Shown here one piece after another: positions 18,996 through 29,341 of a stretch of DNA of 64,000 bases. Where the stretch lies: the NCBI GenBank assembly GCA_965242965.1, contig OZ251518.1, positions 3,136,001 through 3,200,000 on the forward strand, in the 5' to 3' direction. This DNA is from Candidatus Poribacteria bacterium (GTDB lineage: Bacteria; Poribacteria; WGA-4E; WGA-3G). Both the position numbers and the translations under genes were made by a program. The notes beneath the pieces are model-generated. The model was not told the DNA's origin and ran no database searches. It was given only the letters and a program-made list of their open reading frames with translations. Positions within the stretch are counted from its first letter, which is position 1. Each line of letters opens with the position of its first letter.

Positions 18996-19144
18996 TTCAG
19001 ATTCCTCTGATCTAGTTGTTTGGGCACGGGATAGCCCTAGTCTCGATTTTTCCGGTAGGAGAGACCTCCCGGTCTCGATGCAACCTCCCGTTTTCACCGT
19101 AGCGCGGGGGCCTGTCCCCCGCGATCGTCCATCGTCAAGATACC

Positions 19145-19324
19145 CTCTTAGGTCCTTTAGGACCTTAATGTCTATAGAAACCCGTTGTCGTTCCATTTTC
19201 AAGGTCCTTTAGGTCCTTAATAAAAAGCAGGCGGCGAGTCAAAGCCTATTAAGGATCTAAAGACCCTTAGTATTCTTCGCAGGCGCGCGAGCTATAGACA
19301 TTAAGGTCCTACGGACCTAAAGAG
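19145..19324. mobile_element. MITE-like element with ~28-bp terminal inverted repeats
   Basis: AGGTCCTTTAGGACCTTAATGTCTATAG ... CTATAGACATTAAGGTCCTACGGACCT; other copies at 23571-23738 and 37652-37751. Confidence 0.65.
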
Positions 19325-19364
19325 AAGGCGAGGGCCTGTCCCTCGCCCTACGGTGAAGGGAGAC

Positions 19365-20057
19365 TTAGGTCTCCTGCGTACCGTCCGTGCCATTATTCGG
19401 CGGCGGTTCGTCAAACGGTTCGCCATTTTCCGCGGCGGCGATACGGCGTTCATACCAATTAAGCCATGCATCCCGTTCATCGCGGAGGTTTTCCACGATG
19501 TTGAGATGATTGCCATTAGGCATAGGTTCATCGAAACGTTCGCCATTTTCCGCGGCAGCGATGCGGCGTTCGTTCCACGCCTGCTGTTCTTCGCGTTCGG
19601 CTTGGAACTGCGCGATGGTCTCGGCAGCGACGCGCGCTTCTTCTTCCGCAGCGCGTATCGCCTCTTCTGCGACGAGTCTCGCTTCTTCAGCGACTCGCTG
19701 TCCTTCTTGTGCCTCGCGAATGAGTCCGTCGCGCCATTCGCGATACTTGTCATGAATCATCATCAGAATAGCTCCTGTATGGATAGCGCAAAACATGAGG
19801 AACATCACGCCGCCGCTCACGGCTAGGAGGTGGACAGCAGCACTGCCGATAATCTCGGCGGGATGTTTGTCATACTTTACGACAAAGATAAAATACCAAG
19901 CGATATAAGCATCCATCACTAACGAATAGATGGGCGAAGTCACGCGCCACCAGCTCTGCTTGATGCCGAGGAAGTTGACGATTTTCTCCTCAACGTCCTT
20001 CTCCTCTGCATCGTTTGCTGGTGGCGTGTCGGGTTTATTTCGTGTGTTCAAAGTCAC
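19365..20057 (-). CDS. Two-TM protein with coiled-coil tail (array copy 4); internal AGGAG-ATG at 19763
   Basis: IVNFLGIKQSWW, two TMs, MMIHDKYREW..., twin WxxRRIAAAENGExFDEPxP motifs. Confidence 0.8.
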   Translation of the reverse strand: MTLNTRNKPDTPPANDAEEKDVEEKIVNFLGIKQSWWRVTSPIYSLVMDAYIAWYFIFVVKYDKHPAEIIGSAAVHLLAVSGGVMFLMFCAIHTGAILMMIHDKYREWRDGLIREAQEGQRVAEEARLVAEEAIRAAEEEARVAAETIAQFQAEREEQQAWNERRIAAAENGERFDEPMPNGNHLNIVENLRDERDAWLNWYERRIAAAENGEPFDEPPPNNGTDGTQET

Positions 20058-20138
20058 TCCTTCTTCTCTGGCGTGAGGGCCCCTGTCCCGCGCCGGGCGG
20101 CATGCAACACTGCAGCGCGACGCGGGACACGTCTCACC

Positions 20139-20810
20139 TTACAAGGCATCGGGGCCGTTGGTGCCGTTGTTGGGTGGCGGTTCGTCAAATGGTTCGCCAT
20201 TTTCGGCGGCAGCGATGCGGCGTTCATACCAATTAAGCCATGCATCCCGTTCATCGCGTAGGTTTTCCACGATGTTGAGATGATTGCCATTAGGCATGGG
20301 TTCATCGAAACGTTCGCCGTTTTCGGCGGCGGCGATGCGGCGTTCGTTCCATGCGGTGATCTGCGCGATAGTCTCGGCGGCGACGCGCACCTCTTCTTCC
20401 GCAGCGCGTCTCGCTTCAGATTCGGCGAGTCTCGCTTCTTCAGCGACTCGCTGTCCTTCTTGTGCCTCGCGAATGAGTCCGTCGCGCCATTCGCGATACT
20501 TGTCATGAATCATCATAAAAATAGCTCCTGTATGGATGGCGCAGAACATGAGGAACATCATGCCGCCGCTCACCGCTAACAGGTGGACAGCCGCACTGCC
20601 GATAATCTCGGCAGGATGTTTGTCATATTTCACGACAAAAATAAAATACCAAGCGATATAAGCATCCATCACCAACGAATAGATGGGCGAAGTCACGCGC
20701 CACCAACTCTGCTTGATGCCGAGGAAGTTGACGATTTTCTCCTCAACGTCCTTCTCCTCTACATCGTTTGCCGGCGGCGTGTCGGGTTTGTTTTGTTTAT
20801 TCAAAGTCAC
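20139..20810 (-). CDS. Two-TM protein with coiled-coil tail (array copy 3)
   Basis: Near-identical to 19365..20057; AAGGAG RBS; start GTG 20810 or TTG 20804. Confidence 0.8.
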   Translation of the reverse strand: MTLNKQNKPDTPPANDVEEKDVEEKIVNFLGIKQSWWRVTSPIYSLVMDAYIAWYFIFVVKYDKHPAEIIGSAAVHLLAVSGGMMFLMFCAIHTGAIFMMIHDKYREWRDGLIREAQEGQRVAEEARLAESEARRAAEEEVRVAAETIAQITAWNERRIAAAENGERFDEPMPNGNHLNIVENLRDERDAWLNWYERRIAAAENGEPFDEPPPNNGTNGPDAL

Positions 20811-20969
20811 TAACTCCTTAGACTGTCGTCTGTTGTAAGGCGAGGGATACCTGTCCCTCCATGTTACGACTCTACTTAACATTTTACACGATGGGACAGA
20901 AAAATGTCAAGGGACATCCGTGTGCCGCCCGGAGAGATTCCGTTTTTCCCTTTAGGCGCGTCTTCCCTG

Positions 20970-21165
20970 GTCTCGATGTTCCCGTAGCGCGGGGGCCTGT
21001 CCCCCGCGATCGTTCGGTAACCCGCAGCATGGCGAGGGACAGGCCCTCGCCCTACGGTGACGTGGCGTTTTTTTTCGTAACGCGCGCCGTTTTTTTTTCG
21101 TAGCGCGGGGGCCTGTCCCCCGCGTTGGCCATCGTCATAGGAGAGCCCTCCCTGTCTCGATTCTA
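20970..21165. repeat. REP cluster (GTAGCGCGGGGGCCTGTCCCCCGCG family)
   Basis: Repeated palindromes; part of the block is duplicated at about 23775-23880. Confidence 0.75.
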
Positions 21166-21171
21166 GCGAGA

Positions 21172-21495
21172 CTAATCTACAGTTGGCGTGCCGGATGCGA
21201 CATTCGGCACGTTCTTTGGCCGGCTTTCCTCAACAAAATCGGAGAAAACCGCGACTGACACGGGATGCTTCTTCTCCGTGCTCAGGCGCAGGCGTTTCAG
21301 ACGTTCAATTGCATGCAGCGTGCGCGCCGTTAGATAACTCTCCCCACATTCGGTGCAGCTCATCACAGGCACATCTTTAATGACGAAGCGCGCCTCGTCT
21401 TTGCCGTAGCTGCGTGAGACATAACGTTGGCGGATGCCTTCTTTCCCGCACATATCACATATCATTGGTTGGCTCCTTGTTGCTTTATTTGACAT
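21172..21495 (-). CDS. YgiT/MqsA-type zinc-finger protein (putative antitoxin)
   Basis: CDMCG...VIKDVPVMSCTECGESY; start may be the internal MICD. Confidence 0.75.
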   Translation of the reverse strand: MSNKATRSQPMICDMCGKEGIRQRYVSRSYGKDEARFVIKDVPVMSCTECGESYLTARTLHAIERLKRLRLSTEKKHPVSVAVFSDFVEESRPKNVPNVASGTPTVD

Positions 21496-21766
21496 AAACG
21501 GTAATGATAACTAATACCCCTGTGAACGTGAACTTCGTCACGACAACGGCGATTTCAGCACCGAGCGTTTGTCCCTCCACAACATACTTCCATTCATCAG
21601 ACTGCCGGTCCTTCTGCCGGTCAGTGATTTTTCCAGTGAGAAGGGCTTGTTCCACGTCAAAAATTGTGAGTCCATCGTTCTCCATTTCCACAAAAGCGTG
21701 GTGCGTCATGATGTATGCGAGAGTGTGGACTTGCTCGTGAATTCGCTTGAGTGTTTGTTCAAACAT
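21485..21766 (-). CDS. DUF4258-like protein (RelE/BrnT-like putative toxin)
   Basis: MTHHAFVEM...DVEQALLTG...KYVVEG...VIITVY; directly upstream of the zinc-finger gene. Confidence 0.7.
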   Translation of the reverse strand: MFEQTLKRIHEQVHTLAYIMTHHAFVEMENDGLTIFDVEQALLTGKITDRQKDRQSDEWKYVVEGQTLGAEIAVVVTKFTFTGVLVIITVYVK

Positions 21767-21873
21767 AAGCGAGGTAGATCCCTGCAGTGTGATGGGGGAA
21801 CAGCCCCTGTCGTCGGGGTTGCAGCCTCCCCCCGTGCATCCGGTGCATGAGGGAGGCTGTTCCCCGGCGATGT

Positions 21874-22560
21874 TTAGCTGCCGTTCGTTCCGTCGGTGCC
21901 GTTATTAGGCGGCGGTTCGTCGAAAGGTTCGCCATTTTCCGCGGCAGCGATTCGGCGTTCATACCAATTAAGCCATGCATCCCGTTCATCGCGCAAGGTT
22001 TCCACGATGTTGAGATGATTGCCATTAGGCATGGGTTCATCGAAACGTTCGCCGTTTTCCGCGGCGGCGATGCGGCGTTCGTTCCACGCTGCAATCTGCG
22101 CGATAGTCTCGGCGGCGGCGCGCGTTTCTGCTTCCGCTGCAAGTCTCGCCGCTTCCTCAGCAAGTCTCGCTTCCTCTGAAACGAGTATCGCTTCTTCGGC
22201 GACTCGCTGTCCTTCTTGTGCCTCGCGAATGAGTCCATCGCGCCATTCGCGATACTTGTCATGAATCATCATAAAAATAGCTCCTGTATGGATAGCGCAA
22301 AACATGAGGAACATCATGCCGCCGCTCACCGCTAACAGGTGGACAGCCGCACTGCCGATAATCTCGGCGGGATGTTTGTCATATTTCACGACAAAGATAA
22401 AATACCAAGCGATATAAGCATCCATCACTAACGAATAGATGGGCGAAGTCACGCGCCACCAACTCTGCTTGATGCCGAGGAAGTTGACGATTTTCTCCTC
22501 AACGTCCTTCTCCTCTGCATCGTTTGCCGGTGGCGTGTCGGGTTTGTTTTGAGTATTCAA
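21874..22560 (-). CDS. Two-TM protein with coiled-coil tail (array copy 2)
   Basis: Near-identical N-terminal half to copies 3 and 4; variable EEARLA repeat length. Confidence 0.8.
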   Translation of the reverse strand: MNTQNKPDTPPANDAEEKDVEEKIVNFLGIKQSWWRVTSPIYSLVMDAYIAWYFIFVVKYDKHPAEIIGSAAVHLLAVSGGMMFLMFCAIHTGAIFMMIHDKYREWRDGLIREAQEGQRVAEEAILVSEEARLAEEAARLAAEAETRAAAETIAQIAAWNERRIAAAENGERFDEPMPNGNHLNIVETLRDERDAWLNWYERRIAAAENGEPFDEPPPNNGTDGTNGS

Positions 22561-22644
22561 AGTTACTCCTTCTGTGGCAGTCGTCGGGGTGCCAGCCTCC
22601 CCCGTGCATTCCGGTGCATGAGGGAGGCTGTTTCCCGGCGGTGT

Positions 22645-23319
22645 TTAGCGGCCGTTCGTACCGTCGGTGTCATTATTCGGCGGCGGTTCGTCAAACGGTT
22701 CGCCTTGGCGTGCGGCAGCGATACGACGTTCAAACCACGCGAGATAGTCGGCTTGTTCCTGCTCCAACTGCGCCACGATATCAATCGGGTGTCCGTTGGG
22801 CATGGGTTCGTCGAAGCGTTCGCCATCTTCTTGCGCGCGGAGTCGGCGTTCGTTCCACGCCTGCTGCGCCTCGCGTTCGGTTTGTAGCTGCGCGATGGTC
22901 TCAGCAGCGGTGCGCACTGCTTCTTCTGCTGTGCGCGCTGCTTCTTCAGCGGCAAGTCTCGCCGCTTCGGAGGTGCGGACGCTCTCTTCAAGTGCCCGCC
23001 GGCGCGCCGATAACTTATTTCGATACCATTCATGTAACATCATGGTTAAAACTCCTAAGTGTATGCCGGCGATCATCGCCAGCATCGTTAACCCGCTAAC
23101 AGCGAGCATGTGAACCGCGAAACTGTGAATCATATCACTGACGCGGCCTTCCCTATCTAACTGAAAAGCGATATACCACGCACCATACAGCACCATCAGC
23201 ACCGCATGGATAATGGAAGTAGTTTGCCACCAACTCTGTTTGATGCCGAGGACATTAACAATCTTTTCTTCCTCGCGTGCGGGTGGCGTGTCGGGTTTAT
23301 TTCGTGTATTCAAAGTCAC
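22645..23319 (-). CDS. Two-TM protein with coiled-coil tail (array copy 1, divergent)
   Basis: IVNVLGIKQSWW; internal AGGAG before MMLHEW; twin tail motifs. Confidence 0.8.
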   Translation of the reverse strand: MTLNTRNKPDTPPAREEEKIVNVLGIKQSWWQTTSIIHAVLMVLYGAWYIAFQLDREGRVSDMIHSFAVHMLAVSGLTMLAMIAGIHLGVLTMMLHEWYRNKLSARRRALEESVRTSEAARLAAEEAARTAEEAVRTAAETIAQLQTEREAQQAWNERRLRAQEDGERFDEPMPNGHPIDIVAQLEQEQADYLAWFERRIAAARQGEPFDEPPPNNDTDGTNGR

Positions 23320-23469
23320 TAGCTCCTTAGACTGTCGTCTGTTGTGAGGCGAGGGATACCTGTCCCTCCATGTGACGACACTCTACTTAACATTTTACAC
23401 GATGGAAACGAAAAATGTCAAGGCAAATTCCACAAGATACAGCGTGAGGCTGGTAGATTGCGCTTGACT

Positions 23470-24030
23470 GAAGGTAGGAGAGACCTCCCGGTCTCGATGC
23501 ATTCGTTCTCAATTGGCCCGTAGCGCGGGGGCCTGTCCCCCGCGATCGTTCGTCGTCAAGATGCCCTCTTAGGTCCTTTAGGACCTTAATGTCTATAGCA
23601 ACCCGTTGTCGTTCCATTTTCAAGGTCCTTTAGGTCCTTAATAAAAACACGCGGCGTGTCAAAGTCTATTAAGGACCTAAAGGACCTTAGTGTTCTTCGC
23701 AGGCGGCGTGCTATAGACATTCAGGACCTAAAGGACCTAAAGAGAGCAAGAGACGTTTTTGTTCGTCGCGCGGATGCTGGCGAGGGACAGGCCCTCGCCC
23801 TACGGTGACGTGGCGTTTTTTTTCATAACGCACGCCGTTTTTTTATCGTAGCGCGGGGGCCTGTCCCCCGCGATCGTTCCGGGAGGGAAGAATCGAGACC
23901 AGGAGGTCTCGCCTACGGGAGGAGAAGACGATAAGATTCGCATCGGTGCCAAGCGGCCCGAATCTTGAAAATCTTGCTAATCTTGTATAATCTTGTAAAT
24001 CCTGCTTCAAATCCTGCTCGCTAATCCTGC
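23470..24030. repeat. Mixed REP, MITE and 9-bp repeat cluster
   Basis: GTAG palindromes, MITE copy at 23571-23738, aatcttg 9-mers at about 23960-24030; 23470-23745 duplicates about 19060-19325. Confidence 0.75.
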
Positions 24031-24036
24031 TCGCGT

Positions 24037-25800
24037 TTAGTCCTCACACGCACCGCATTTCCGGCAAACTGACGTATCACACTCACTCGTCATGAAGCCT
24101 TTCTCATGCTTGTGGAACTCTAATTGCAAGAATTGGGGTTTGACATTCAGATCGAGGTGGGACCAAGGGCTAATTTCATGGAGGGAACGCTGACGGAGGG
24201 CATAAAAATCGGGGGCTAAGCCGTGCTGACGGAACGCTTGATTCCACGACGCACCGCGCGCCAAGGATAAAATCACCTTGCCAAGCCGCCGGTCTCCACG
24301 GGCGAAGACCGCCTCTTGATGCGCCATTCGCGCACTCGCAGAACCAACTTTGATACTGCCGAGTTGGTTAATTTCGCGCTTCAAGAAATCAAGTTTCCGC
24401 GCGATAGTCTTCGGGGGTTCCATCGCTACCCACTGGAAAGGGGTTTGCGGTTTCGGCACCATCGGCGAGATGGTGAAACTGATGCGTCCCATTCTCCCAG
24501 TCTGCTTCGCATAGGGGAGGAGAATGCTACGCATCTCTTTCGCCATGTCGGCGATGGCATGCACATCTGCCGGTGTCTCACCCGGCACGCCGATAAGGAA
24601 ATAGAGGCGCAGGTTGAGGATATCGCGCTTCAATGCCTCTTCAAAAACATAGTAAAGGCGTTCGCGCGGGATGGCTTTGTTCACGACCTTTTGTAGATGC
24701 TCGGTTGCAACTTCAGGCGCAATAGTAATCGTGCCTTGCTCACTATCGGCGAGGGCATCGAGCAGCGGCGCGCGCACCGTCTCCGCACGGAGCGAAGCAC
24801 AGGAGATACGAAAGCCGCGTTCAACTAAACCACTGGCAATCTGATCGATCTGGGGATGGTCCGAAATGGAGGCACCGACTAAGCCGATTCTGTCGGTAAT
24901 GCCGCGAGCGCGTTCCGCCAGTGCCAGCGTGTTCTCGACGGTGCGATGTCTCGGCCAGCGGCGCGCGTAATCGGCGACGCAGAAACGGCACTGTCGCCCA
25001 CAGCCGCGCACAATTTCAATCAGATGCGCGTTGGAAAACTCGGTGTGCGGGGTATGGATTTGCGTGCAGGTTGGAACATCGTCTAGTTTCGGCACCGCGG
25101 CGGCTTGGATGGGGAGTGGTGCATCGGCATCGTGCGCGGGCGAGACCGCGTTAATCGTGCCATCGTCGTGATAGGTAACGTCATAGAAACTCGGTACATA
25201 AAGCCCTGGCACCGTTGCGAGGGTTTCCAGCAATTCGCTCTTCGGTGCGCCGCTCTGTTTCCACGCGTCAAAATGCGCCATCAATTCGTGGATAATCAAC
25301 TCCGCCTCGCCGACGACGAAGACATCAACGAAATCGGCGATGGGTTCGGGGTTATAGGAGATGTTAATGCCGCCGGCGATGACGAGCGGCTCCCAGTCAG
25401 AACGTTCCTCGGCGATGGGTGGGATGTTGGCGAACTCCAGCGTGCGCGGGATGTTCACGTAATCGGATTCAAAGGAGACAGAAAATCCGATGATGTCAAA
25501 CTGATTGAGCGGTGTTTGCGTCTCAAAAGAGAAGAGCGGCGTTTTTTGCGCGACGAGTTTGCGCAGATAGTTTGTCTCTGGCACGAAAGCGCGCTCGCAG
25601 GAGGTATCGGCGCGCCCGTTGAGCGTGGCATAGATAACCTGCACGCCGAGGCTGGACATGCCGAGTTCGTAGGTGCTCGGATAGACAAGCGCGAATCGGT
25701 TGCGTTTCCGGAATTGCCCGCGCGGTTGGTTTTCGTGTTCCTGCTGATAAAGGTGTTGGTAATGTTTTTGTAAATTCAAGGTTCTGCTCCAGTGTTGCAT
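24037..25800 (-). CDS. B12-binding-type radical SAM protein (TIGR03960-like)
   Basis: YPSTYELGMSSLG, RGCGRQCRFC (CxxxCxxC), LYFLIGVPGET, C-terminal CxxCGAC; start may be TTG at about 25776. Confidence 0.85.
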   Translation of the reverse strand: MQHWSRTLNLQKHYQHLYQQEHENQPRGQFRKRNRFALVYPSTYELGMSSLGVQVIYATLNGRADTSCERAFVPETNYLRKLVAQKTPLFSFETQTPLNQFDIIGFSVSFESDYVNIPRTLEFANIPPIAEERSDWEPLVIAGGINISYNPEPIADFVDVFVVGEAELIIHELMAHFDAWKQSGAPKSELLETLATVPGLYVPSFYDVTYHDDGTINAVSPAHDADAPLPIQAAAVPKLDDVPTCTQIHTPHTEFSNAHLIEIVRGCGRQCRFCVADYARRWPRHRTVENTLALAERARGITDRIGLVGASISDHPQIDQIASGLVERGFRISCASLRAETVRAPLLDALADSEQGTITIAPEVATEHLQKVVNKAIPRERLYYVFEEALKRDILNLRLYFLIGVPGETPADVHAIADMAKEMRSILLPYAKQTGRMGRISFTISPMVPKPQTPFQWVAMEPPKTIARKLDFLKREINQLGSIKVGSASARMAHQEAVFARGDRRLGKVILSLARGASWNQAFRQHGLAPDFYALRQRSLHEISPWSHLDLNVKPQFLQLEFHKHEKGFMTSECDTSVCRKCGACED

Positions 25801-25859
25801 CGAGACCGGGAGGTTTCGCCTAGTTGCATCGAGACCAGGAGGGCTCTCCTACCGGGGTT

Positions 25860-26273
25860 TCAGAGTTGGTATTCTGTGCGTTCGCCGCCGTGTGCGGGAT
25901 TATGGATGAGTCCCTCTGTGACACTCACATCCAGGTCTACGAGTTCCATCACCATGTGTCCGACGAGCGCGGGGACGCTGTCCGGGACGCTGCTTATCTC
26001 AATGATGCCTTTTCTGCCCAGCACCGTAAATTGGACAGGCGAATAAAGCGTTCGTGTGACAATGCCGTTCGTGGTGTGGACGAGTGTTGTATCGGTAGGT
26101 GTCAAGCCGAGGCTGTCAACTATCGATTGCGGCAAGGAGAGGCGCGTCGCCCCGGTATCGACAATCGCGCCTTTAATGGTAACCTGCCGAACCTCGTCGG
26201 GTTTGATATTGCCGGCTTCAGCCAAAACCAGGTCTTTCAGGTTTGCGACGTGAATGGTGGTTTTGTGTTGCAT
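25860..26273 (-). CDS. Clan AA aspartic protease (copy 2)
   Basis: AIVDTGATRLSLP motif; AGGAGA RBS. Confidence 0.85.
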   Translation of the reverse strand: MQHKTTIHVANLKDLVLAEAGNIKPDEVRQVTIKGAIVDTGATRLSLPQSIVDSLGLTPTDTTLVHTTNGIVTRTLYSPVQFTVLGRKGIIEISSVPDSVPALVGHMVMELVDLDVSVTEGLIHNPAHGGERTEYQL

Positions 26274-26338
26274 CGTTTTATCTCCTATAAATCGGAATTG
26301 CGAGCGCGGTTGATTTTCGTGCTCCTGCTGATAGTGTT

Positions 26339-26752
26339 TCAGAGTTGGTATTCTGTGCGTTCGCCGCCGTGTGCGGGATTATGGATGAGTCCCTCTGTGA
26401 CACTCACATCCAAGTCTACCAGTCCCATCACCGTGTACCCGACGAGCGCGGGGACGCTGTCCGGGACGCTGCTCACCTCAATGATGCCTTTCCTGTCAAG
26501 CACCGTAAATTGGACAGGCGAATAAAGCGTTCTCGTGACAACGCCGTTCGTGGTGTGGACGAGCGTTGTATCGGTAGGTGTCAAGCCGAGGCTATCAACT
26601 ATCGATTGCGGCAAGGAGAGGCGCGTCGCGCCAGTGTCGACAATTGCGCCTTTAATGGTAACCTGCCGAACCTCGTCGGGTTTGATATTGCCGAGTTCTG
26701 CCGCGACCAGGTCTTCATGATTTGCGACGTGAATGGTTGTTTTGTGTTGCAT
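26339..26752 (-). CDS. Clan AA aspartic protease (copy 1)
   Basis: Start MQHKTT at 26752 with GGAG; near-identical to 25860..26273. Confidence 0.85.
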   Translation of the reverse strand: MQHKTTIHVANHEDLVAAELGNIKPDEVRQVTIKGAIVDTGATRLSLPQSIVDSLGLTPTDTTLVHTTNGVVTRTLYSPVQFTVLDRKGIIEVSSVPDSVPALVGYTVMGLVDLDVSVTEGLIHNPAHGGERTEYQL

Positions 26753-26774
26753 CGTTTTATCTCCAGTTGATGTG

Positions 26775-27060
26775 CCGTAGCGCGAGGGCCTGTCCCTCGC
26801 GATCGTAAATACCGCCCCCGGCCCCGTAGGGCGAGGGCCTGTCCCTCGCGATCGTTGTGTTGTGAAGAGCGTTTTCCTCGACCGATGCATGGCGGGGGAC
26901 AGGCCCCCGCCCTACGGTATATTGGAGGTTTCTTGTCCCTCGCGATCGTAAAGAACGCCGTCGTTTCCGTAGCGCGAGGGCCTGTCCCTCGCGATCGTTG
27001 GGTTATGAAAGCCGTTTTCCTCGACCGAGGCATGGCGGGGGACAGGCCCCCGCCCTACGT
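26775..27060. repeat. REP cluster (GTAG..GCGAGGGCCTGTCCCTCGC family)
   Basis: Several palindromes in two tandem composite units. Confidence 0.75.
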
Positions 27061-27071
27061 CCACAACTCAG

Positions 27072-28460
27072 CTATTTCTCTGTCTTCCCGGAGCTCCCTT
27101 TCTGCACGCGCAAGAAGGCAGGGATATCCCAATCCGTCTCGCCACGGTTTCTGCGGTTCGCCGCGCGAGGAGCAGGAGTTTCCTCAGCAGCCGGTGCGGC
27201 TCTGCGAGCCCGTGTCGGTGCCGGTTCCGCTGCAGGCTGTGCAGGCGCGCCGCGTGCCGGAAGCCCGGCACTCGCGCGTCCCGGACGCGTCCGAGTCTGG
27301 GCTGCTTTGCCCTGCCGGTTGCCAGGAATATGTGAACCAGGCATCGGCGTTCTACGCGGGTCTGCGTATGCCTCCGGTTCGCTGTATTGCCTGCCACCCG
27401 GTGCGGATACCCTCGCATCGCTGCGCAAATCCACCGAATCAAACCCGGTTGCGATGACGGTGACCAGCACTTCATCGCCGAGTTCCATGGCATCTCTGTA
27501 GACAAGCCCGAAGATAATCTGCGCATCGGTAGCGGCTTCTTGGATTACCTGCATCGCCTCATCCAATTCATGCATCATGAAATCGGGGGGTGACGTGATG
27601 TTGACTATCATGCCGTATGCCCCGGTGATGTCTGTCTCTTCAAGGAGCGGCGAGGAGATGGCTTGCTGCGCGGCGATTTGCGCGCGGTTATCCCCGGTGG
27701 CACGCCCCATGCCCATCAGCGCGCTGCCCGCATCCCGCATGATAGATTCCACATCGGCGAAGTCAACGTTAATCTCACCCGACTCCGTAATGATATCCGA
27801 GATACTCTGAACGCCGTGGAGCAAAATCTGGTCTCCGACGCGGAGTGCCTCCTGAATCGGCAGTTTTCTATCCATCGCGTCCATCAACCGTTGGTTCGGC
27901 ACGACGATGACAGAATCAGCAGATGTGCGGAGCTCCTCAAGACCGGTTTCGGCTTGTTCGGCGCGTCGCATTCCCTCAAAATTAAAAGGACGCGTGACAA
28001 CCCCGATGGTGAGCGCGCCGCGTTCGCGCGCGAGGGATGCAATAAGCGGTGCCGCGCCGGTGCCGGTGCCGCCGCCCATCCCAGCGGTGACGAACACCAT
28101 GTTCGCATCCTCAACGATTTCCTCAAGATGCTCCCGGTCTTCTTCCGCCGCTCTGCGTCCGACATCCGGATTCGCGCCGGCACCAAGGCCGTTCGTGGTG
28201 TTAATCCCGATCTGGAGTTGCGTCGCGCCGTGGCACGTCTTCAACGCCTGATGGTCTGTGTTGACAGCATAGAATTCGATGCCCGCCAAACCGGCTTCAA
28301 TCATGCGCTTGACTGCGTTTCCGCCTGCGCCGCCGACACCGATAACCTTAATTTTCGCTCGCAGATCGCCAAATTCTTCTTGTTCAAATTCAATCATGTC
28401 TGGTTTCGGTTGCGCTTGCGGTGCAACCTCATTCCTCCTGTTGTGTGCCTTAATAGGCAC
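27072..28460 (-). CDS. ftsZ: Cell division protein FtsZ
   Basis: [32 protein letters not shown]-terminal DIPAFLR. Confidence 0.97.
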   Translation of the reverse strand: MPIKAHNRRNEVAPQAQPKPDMIEFEQEEFGDLRAKIKVIGVGGAGGNAVKRMIEAGLAGIEFYAVNTDHQALKTCHGATQLQIGINTTNGLGAGANPDVGRRAAEEDREHLEEIVEDANMVFVTAGMGGGTGTGAAPLIASLARERGALTIGVVTRPFNFEGMRRAEQAETGLEELRTSADSVIVVPNQRLMDAMDRKLPIQEALRVGDQILLHGVQSISDIITESGEINVDFADVESIMRDAGSALMGMGRATGDNRAQIAAQQAISSPLLEETDITGAYGMIVNITSPPDFMMHELDEAMQVIQEAATDAQIIFGLVYRDAMELGDEVLVTVIATGFDSVDLRSDARVSAPGGRQYSEPEAYADPRRTPMPGSHIPGNRQGKAAQTRTRPGRASAGLPARGAPAQPAAEPAPTRARRAAPAAEETPAPRAANRRNRGETDWDIPAFLRVQKGSSGKTEK

Positions 28461-28519
28461 GCTTTGACTTTTTTCCGTTGGCTCCTACCTATATAATACC
28501 GATTTTCTTTTCTGTAGTT

Positions 28520-28695
28520 TCTCCTACTGGCTCATCGAGACCAGGAGGTCTCGCCTACCGCGGGGAGTCGAGACCAGGAGGTCTCGCCTACCGGGCGTGC
28601 ATCGAGACCAGGAGGTCTCGCCTACTGGTGCATCGCGACACTGTAGTTCGGGAGCACCTGCTCCCGAAACGGACGCGGAGGAGTCTCTCCTACGG
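28520..28695. repeat. REP cluster (ATCGAGACCAGGAGGTCTCGCCTAC x3 plus one RAYT-type REP)
   Basis: Tandem palindromes ending in CTAC (reverse of GTAG). Confidence 0.8.
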
Positions 28696-28766
28696 GGCAG
28701 CATGGCATCCGAGGGCCCGCCTATAATAACATCACGATGAAATTAAGTCAATAGGAGCAGTTGGAA

Positions 28767-29141
28767 CTACTCATCATTCTGTGCCGCGGCGTTGCGATTC
28801 TCGGCGGGAGTGGGTTCGGTGAAGTCCTCGCCGGCGGCTTCCGCAGCCTTCCGACGATTATACCATTCCACCCATTCACGATTCGCAAGTTCCCAGCCGA
28901 TGGCACCGCCGAGTTTCCTACTGAGTTCTCTGCTGCGTGCTTCGCCGAGCTCCCTAGCAAGTTCTCTGTCGATTGCTTCCCCGATTGCCTCGCCGAGTTC
29001 CCTGCCGCGTGCCTCGCCGAGTTCCGTAGCGAGTTTCCAGCTGATAGCCTCGCCGATAGTCTCGCCGCGGCCATCGCGGCGTGCTTCGCGCCTCCGCCTC
29101 CGCTCCTTAATCTGTTCCATCACCAAATCATACAAAATCAT
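28767..29141 (-). CDS. Stand-alone C-terminal cassette 2 of the 29338 gene
   Basis: Starts MILYDLV like the internal start of the parent; ATGA overlap; GEARGRELGEAI repeats; WVEWYNRRKAAEAAGEDFTEPTP. Confidence 0.75.
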   Translation of the reverse strand: MILYDLVMEQIKERRRRREARRDGRGETIGEAISWKLATELGEARGRELGEAIGEAIDRELARELGEARSRELSRKLGGAIGWELANREWVEWYNRRKAAEAAGEDFTEPTPAENRNAAAQNDE

Positions 29142-29341
29142 TTGTCGTCCGGTGCGCCGTTGCGCTTCTCAGCGGGATTGGGTTCGGTGAAGTCCTCGCC
29201 GGCGGCTTCCGCAGCCTTCCGACGAGCCTCCCATTCCACCCACTTGCGTCGCTCAAGTTTTATGCCGATTTCCTTGCCGCGTTCCTCGCGCTTTCGCTGC
29301 CGCTCCTCAATCTGTTCCTTGACCAAACCATACAAAATCAT
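29138..29341 (-). CDS. Stand-alone C-terminal cassette 1 of the 29338 gene (67 aa)
   Basis: ATG 29341 overlaps the parent TGA; MILYGLVKEQIEER...WVEWEARRKAAEAAGEDFTEPNP. Confidence 0.75.
   Translation of the reverse strand: MILYGLVKEQIEERQRKREERGKEIGIKLERRKWVEWEARRKAAEAAGEDFTEPNPAEKRNGAPDDK

Noticed and set aside
18996-19202. N-terminal extension of the GxxExxY ORF and the similar ORF 23387..23623
   Set aside because: Both run through REP/MITE DNA; the family-typical start is at 18995.
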